From positions 1-54,926 of the forward strand of contig MQRK01231705.1 in the NCBI GenBank assembly GCA_001938485.1: a stretch of DNA of 54,926 nucleotides. The letters run 5' to 3'. Positions within the stretch are counted from its first letter, which is position 1. Each line of letters opens with the position of its first letter. Positions 50,976 through 54,926 of this stretch are shown here, piece after piece. The notes beneath the pieces are model-generated. The model was given only the letters and a program-made list of their open reading frames with translations. It did no database searches and was not told the origin of the DNA. The stretch is from Girardia tigrina (lineage: Eukaryota). The position numbers and the translations under genes were made by a program.

Positions 50976-51451
50976 GGGATGTACGAAATTATAAAATAAT
51001 AAAATATATATTACACAAAAAATATTATAATATATAATATATAAAAAAATGAAAAAATGAAATTGTACAAAAAATATCTATAAATATAGAAGAAATATTT
51101 AAATTACTTTTACTTTCAATTCATTTCTAAATAATAAAACTCAGTAAATTCCTGATATGCGCATGTCGTAAGAATGTCCAGTGCATTGGAAAAGTAGAAG
51201 CATAATATATATATCGAGAGCGACTGTTAGTTATGCTTATGTCGACATCCATTTTAAAAGTTTTTTAAAAAACAATAATATAAATACTTATTGATTACAT
51301 TTCAAACAAATTTTCATTTACCATTTTCACTTCGTTGATATGCAAACGTTTATCATTTCAATCAACTTTTATAACTAGGACAATTGTTTTTATAACTAAA
51401 ACAATTATTCTTAATACACCATTTTTCTTTCTGATGAAGATTCTCGTTTTA

Positions 51452-52066
51452 TAAAGTTGTCCTAAAAGTTCCTAGTCAATAATGAAAGTACAATTTTTTT
51501 CAAATTTCTTTTTGGCATTATTTATTTGATATTGATATATATCGATTTATTTATAGCATTATATGGACTACGAGATTACAAAGCTTGAAATCCGTGTTTT
51601 TGTGCACGAGAAAGCGCGTCAAGATCCACACAAACTCACCAAAGCACAGGCCGATAAAAGAGCCAAGAAGCTCAAGGAGAAGTATCCTGCCTTAATCAAC
51701 CGAAAACGTGCCACCAAGAAGACCACGGGCAGGTTCCAAGAGTTGGATGGAGACGAAATCCTGCCGCATCCTGCTTACAGTCCTGATTGCGCTCCATCCG
51801 ACTATGCCTCTTCCGATACATGCAGCACTTCTTGAAAGGCCGCTAATTCGAAGCATTCGATGAAGTTGAACTAGCATGTCAAGAGTTCTTCAATTCGAAG
51901 CAGCCGGAATAGTACTTTGACCAGATCCAAAATCTTGCAGACCGTTGGCAGAAAGTAGTCGAAAACGATGGACGGTACTTTGAAGATTAATTTTTATTTA
52001 TTTAAAATAAATTCTTGCACAAAAAATTGTATTTTTCATTCTTGACCGGGAACTTTTAGGACAACC
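51452..52066 (+). mobile_element. Non-autonomous (internally deleted) mariner
   Basis: TIRs GTTGTCCTAAAAGTTCC..GTCAA at both ends; MDYEITKLEIR fused to ILPHPAYSPDCAPSDY and RWQKVVENDGRYFED. Confidence 0.85.
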
Positions 52067-52068
52067 TA

Positions 52069-53353
52069 TTGGGTTGGTCAAAAAGTCATTGCGTTTTTAC
52101 TAAAATATTTATTATCAAAAAATGACATGGATGCAGAAATATTTTTACACGATATACTGTCCATTATTTTCAATCACTTTCTTCCACCTTTTCGGTAGCT
52201 TCATTATTCCTGATTCATAAAAACCTTTGCCTTTGTCAGCAAAAAAGCCGTCTAGCAACGATTTGATGTCATCATCACTGGCGAATGTTTTTTTCTGTTT
52301 TAAGGAATTCCGCAGTGATCTAAGTAAGTGAAAATCCGATGGGGCCAAGTCTGGAGAATACGGTGGGTGCGGCAAAACCTCCCAACCCAGTGAAAAGAGT
52401 TTCTGGCGAGTGGTCAAACTTGTATGTGGTCTTGTGTTATCATGCTGAATTACGACTCCTTTTCGATTTGCCAATTCAGGACGTTCCTGTTTAATTGAAT
52501 GAGCCAATTTCTCCAGCTGACCACAATATCTGTCTGAATTGATGGTTTCATTCATCGGAAGGAGTTCAAAAAACACAATTCCTTTAAAATCCCACCAGAC
52601 GGAAAGCATAACCTTCTTTTGGTGAATTTCTGCTTTTGGGATCGTTTTGGTAGGCTCACCACGTTTTGTCCATGATTGTCGGCGTTCCACATTGTTGTAA
52701 ACAATCCATTTTTCGTCAGCCGTAAACAAGCGCTTCAAAAATGGATCACTTTGTTCTCGCTTTAAAAGGGAATCGCAAATGTCTGTACGTTTCACCAAAT
52801 GAATTTCTTTTAGTTCATGTGGTAACCACATATCGAGTTTACTGACGAATCTAAGTTTCTTTAAATGACTTCCAACACTTGATTTTGATATTTCCAGAGT
52901 CTCTGCAACTTCTCTTGTCGTCATATGTGGATTAGATTTCATCAGTTCTGATATTTTGTCGCCATCAACTTCAACTGGTCGACCTGAGCGTGGTGCATCT
53001 TTCAGATGAAATTTTTCAGAACGAAATTTAGAAAACCAGTATTGACACTGTCGAAGTTTTAAGGAGTCACTACCATATACAAAACATATCTTCTTATGAG
53101 CTTGTACAGCGGTTTTCCCTTTACGAAAATAATGCAACAAAACATGACGAATATGCTCATTTTGATTTTCCATTTGGAATTGACGGTATAGTAATAAATT
53201 AAAACAAAATCAATTAATATTTTGTATAAACATAGTCTGAAAATTAAGGTTTCAGAATATATAATTGAATTTAAATTTTATCATATCGTTTTATATTTTC
53301 AAACTTTTTATTAGGACGTACTGAAAAACGCAATGACTTTTTGGCCAACCCAA
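52069..53353 (-). mobile_element. Full-length mariner (DD34D) transposon
   Basis: 29-bp TIRs TTGGGTTGG[TC]CAAAAAGTCATTGCGTTTT with one mismatch; TA at 52067-52068 and 53354-53355. Confidence 0.96.
52145..53173 (-). CDS. Intact mariner transposase, 342 aa
   Basis: Uninterrupted ORF with HTH, WLPHEL, TADEKW, QHDNTRPH, HPPYSPDLAPSD. Confidence 0.93.
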   Translation of the reverse strand: MENQNEHIRHVLLHYFRKGKTAVQAHKKICFVYGSDSLKLRQCQYWFSKFRSEKFHLKDAPRSGRPVEVDGDKISELMKSNPHMTTREVAETLEISKSSVGSHLKKLRFVSKLDMWLPHELKEIHLVKRTDICDSLLKREQSDPFLKRLFTADEKWIVYNNVERRQSWTKRGEPTKTIPKAEIHQKKVMLSVWWDFKGIVFFELLPMNETINSDRYCGQLEKLAHSIKQERPELANRKGVVIQHDNTRPHTSLTTRQKLFSLGWEVLPHPPYSPDLAPSDFHLLRSLRNSLKQKKTFASDDDIKSLLDGFFADKGKGFYESGIMKLPKRWKKVIENNGQYIV

Positions 53354-53456
53354 TATTTGACTACAAATTTATAATTCGTAATATCTCAAATTTATTCCAA
53401 TTTGAAAATAACATTATTGGGCAAATTTTACCAATGTATTTTCGTAAAATGTTTTT

Positions 53457-53936
53457 AACACTTGATATTGATATTTCCAGAGTCTCTGCCACTTCCCTTG
53501 TCGTCATATGTGAATTAGATTTGATCACTGCTGTTATTTTGTCGCCATCAACTTCAACTGGTCGACCGGAGCGTGGTGCATCTTTCAGATGAAATTTTTC
53601 AGAAAGAAATTTAGAAAACCAGTATTGACACTGTCGAACTTTTAAGGAGTCACTACCATATACAAAACATATCTTCTTATGAGCTTGCACAGCGGTTTTC
53701 CCTTTGCGAAAATAATGCAACAAAACATGACGAATATGCTCATTTTTATTTTCCATTTCGAATTGACGNTAAAGTAATAAATTAAAACAAAATCAATTAA
53801 TATTTTGTATAAACATAGTCTGAAAATTAAGGTTTCAGAATATATAATTGAATTTAAATTTTATCACATCGTTTTATATTTTCAAGCTTTTTATTAGGAC
53901 GTACTCAAAAACGCAATGACTTTTTGGCCAACCCAA
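53457..53936 (-). mobile_element. 3'-truncated second copy of the same mariner
   Basis: Near-identical to 52874-53353, including the TIR and the first ~100 codons (ORF 53361..53756). Confidence 0.92.
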
Positions 53937-53966
53937 TAATATTAGAATTTATATATTATTTATTAT

Positions 53967-54290
53967 ATAACTAGCGCGCTCGGCCCGCTTCGCGGCCCTC
54001 TCTTGCCGGGGGTTCAATGTTATTAGATCAAGCGACTTTTTTCTGAAAGCATTTTTATTGAAAATTTCAGTGTTTCGAGTATAAAAAATCGTATAACAAA
54101 AGTTTTTATTTCTGTTTAATGCAAAGTTTGAAAATCATATCTCGAGACAAAATGATATTTAAGAAATTACGGTTACAATATCTCAGTGTAAACTGTTACG
54201 GAAACGAGCTAGTGGGTCAAAGATTGCCAATAACCCGTCTACGTAACCTCATATAAAAAAACAAATAATAAAATAAAATATAAATGATTG
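53967..54290 (+). mobile_element. Helentron/DINE-like non-autonomous rolling-circle element (5' part; right end uncertain)
   Basis: TAACTAG followed by GC-rich hairpin GGCCCGCTTCGCGGCC at 53982-53997, a typical start of such elements. Confidence 0.5.
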
Positions 54291-54912
54291 TAAAACTATA
54301 ATTATATAAACAAATGGAAAGGAGTTAAGGTAATGCAAGTGAGTTATTGGATCACAAAGAGATGTATGTCACAAGAAAAAAATAAACAACAACACGTCAC
54401 TATATATCAAAATAATACCGCGTACTTCAGAATACAATCTTGGATGGAAAACGCTTGTCGATACGAGGTATTGGTTGATGATTGGGCGAGAATAGCGTAG
54501 AACTGATTCTTTCGTTTTTATAGAATTGGTACCCGGAATAAGAGAATTGGATACAAGTTCTTATCGATTTGGGAGGAATTTTGTAGAGTCGTTTGTTTCT
54601 GTTCGATTCGGTTGTGTTGATTGAAAAGGAATTCTATATTACAGCGTTAAACCAATTGTTTCCGTATCGGATGAAGTCAGTGGATTAATCAATTCACTGA
54701 TGGGTATAAAATACGGAATATTAATTTTCTCGTTCTTTTTGAATAAAGCGAAAATGTTAATTTAACATATCTTGATCACTCGTAATTGCCATTATGATAA
54801 TTTATTATTCAATTTTAAATTGTCAATCGATTTTTCGATTTACATTGCCATAGGCAATTCATTATTAATAATTAATGCGTACACAAATAAAAAAAATCAT
54901 AAGCTCGCTACA

Positions 54913-54926
54913 CACTGTAAAAAAAA
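54913..54926 (+). mobile_element. Possible CMC/EnSpm-type terminus at the window edge
   Basis: CACTGTAAAAAAAA; the partner TIR would lie outside the window. Confidence 0.25.

Noticed and set aside
51430-51450. Hammerhead at CTGATGAAG
   Set aside because: No stem II or GAAA follows; the mariner begins right after, so at most a truncated relic

Overview
Very AT-rich eukaryotic (invertebrate-like; taxon not determinable from sequence alone) genomic DNA that is mostly transposon debris, with several N gaps. No intact host gene is evident. It holds Tc1/mariner elements of three catalytic types (DD34E Tc1, DD41D rosa-type, several DD34D mariners including one intact 342-aa ORF), piggyBac and hAT remnants and MITEs, a near full-length Ty3/Gypsy element next to a (TA)n tract, solo LTRs, Penelope-like (PLE) remnants, two RTE-type LINEs and a 5S-rRNA-derived SINE. 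Two layers are less expected. (1) Self-cleaving ribozyme motifs: an HDV-like fold begins exactly at the 5' end of a TSD-flanked full-length RTE, and three minimal hammerheads sit in PLE-type repeats. (2) Short N-terminal fragments of unrelated host genes (abLIM/UNC-115-like butted directly against MRPL23-like; HECTD1-like followed by a possible COG5-like piece; SET/NAP-like), some behind CpG/TCGA-rich promoter-like DNA, forming small mosaics suggestive of Pack-type gene 5'-end capture. All homology calls are by eye against sequences recalled from memory; no searches were run.
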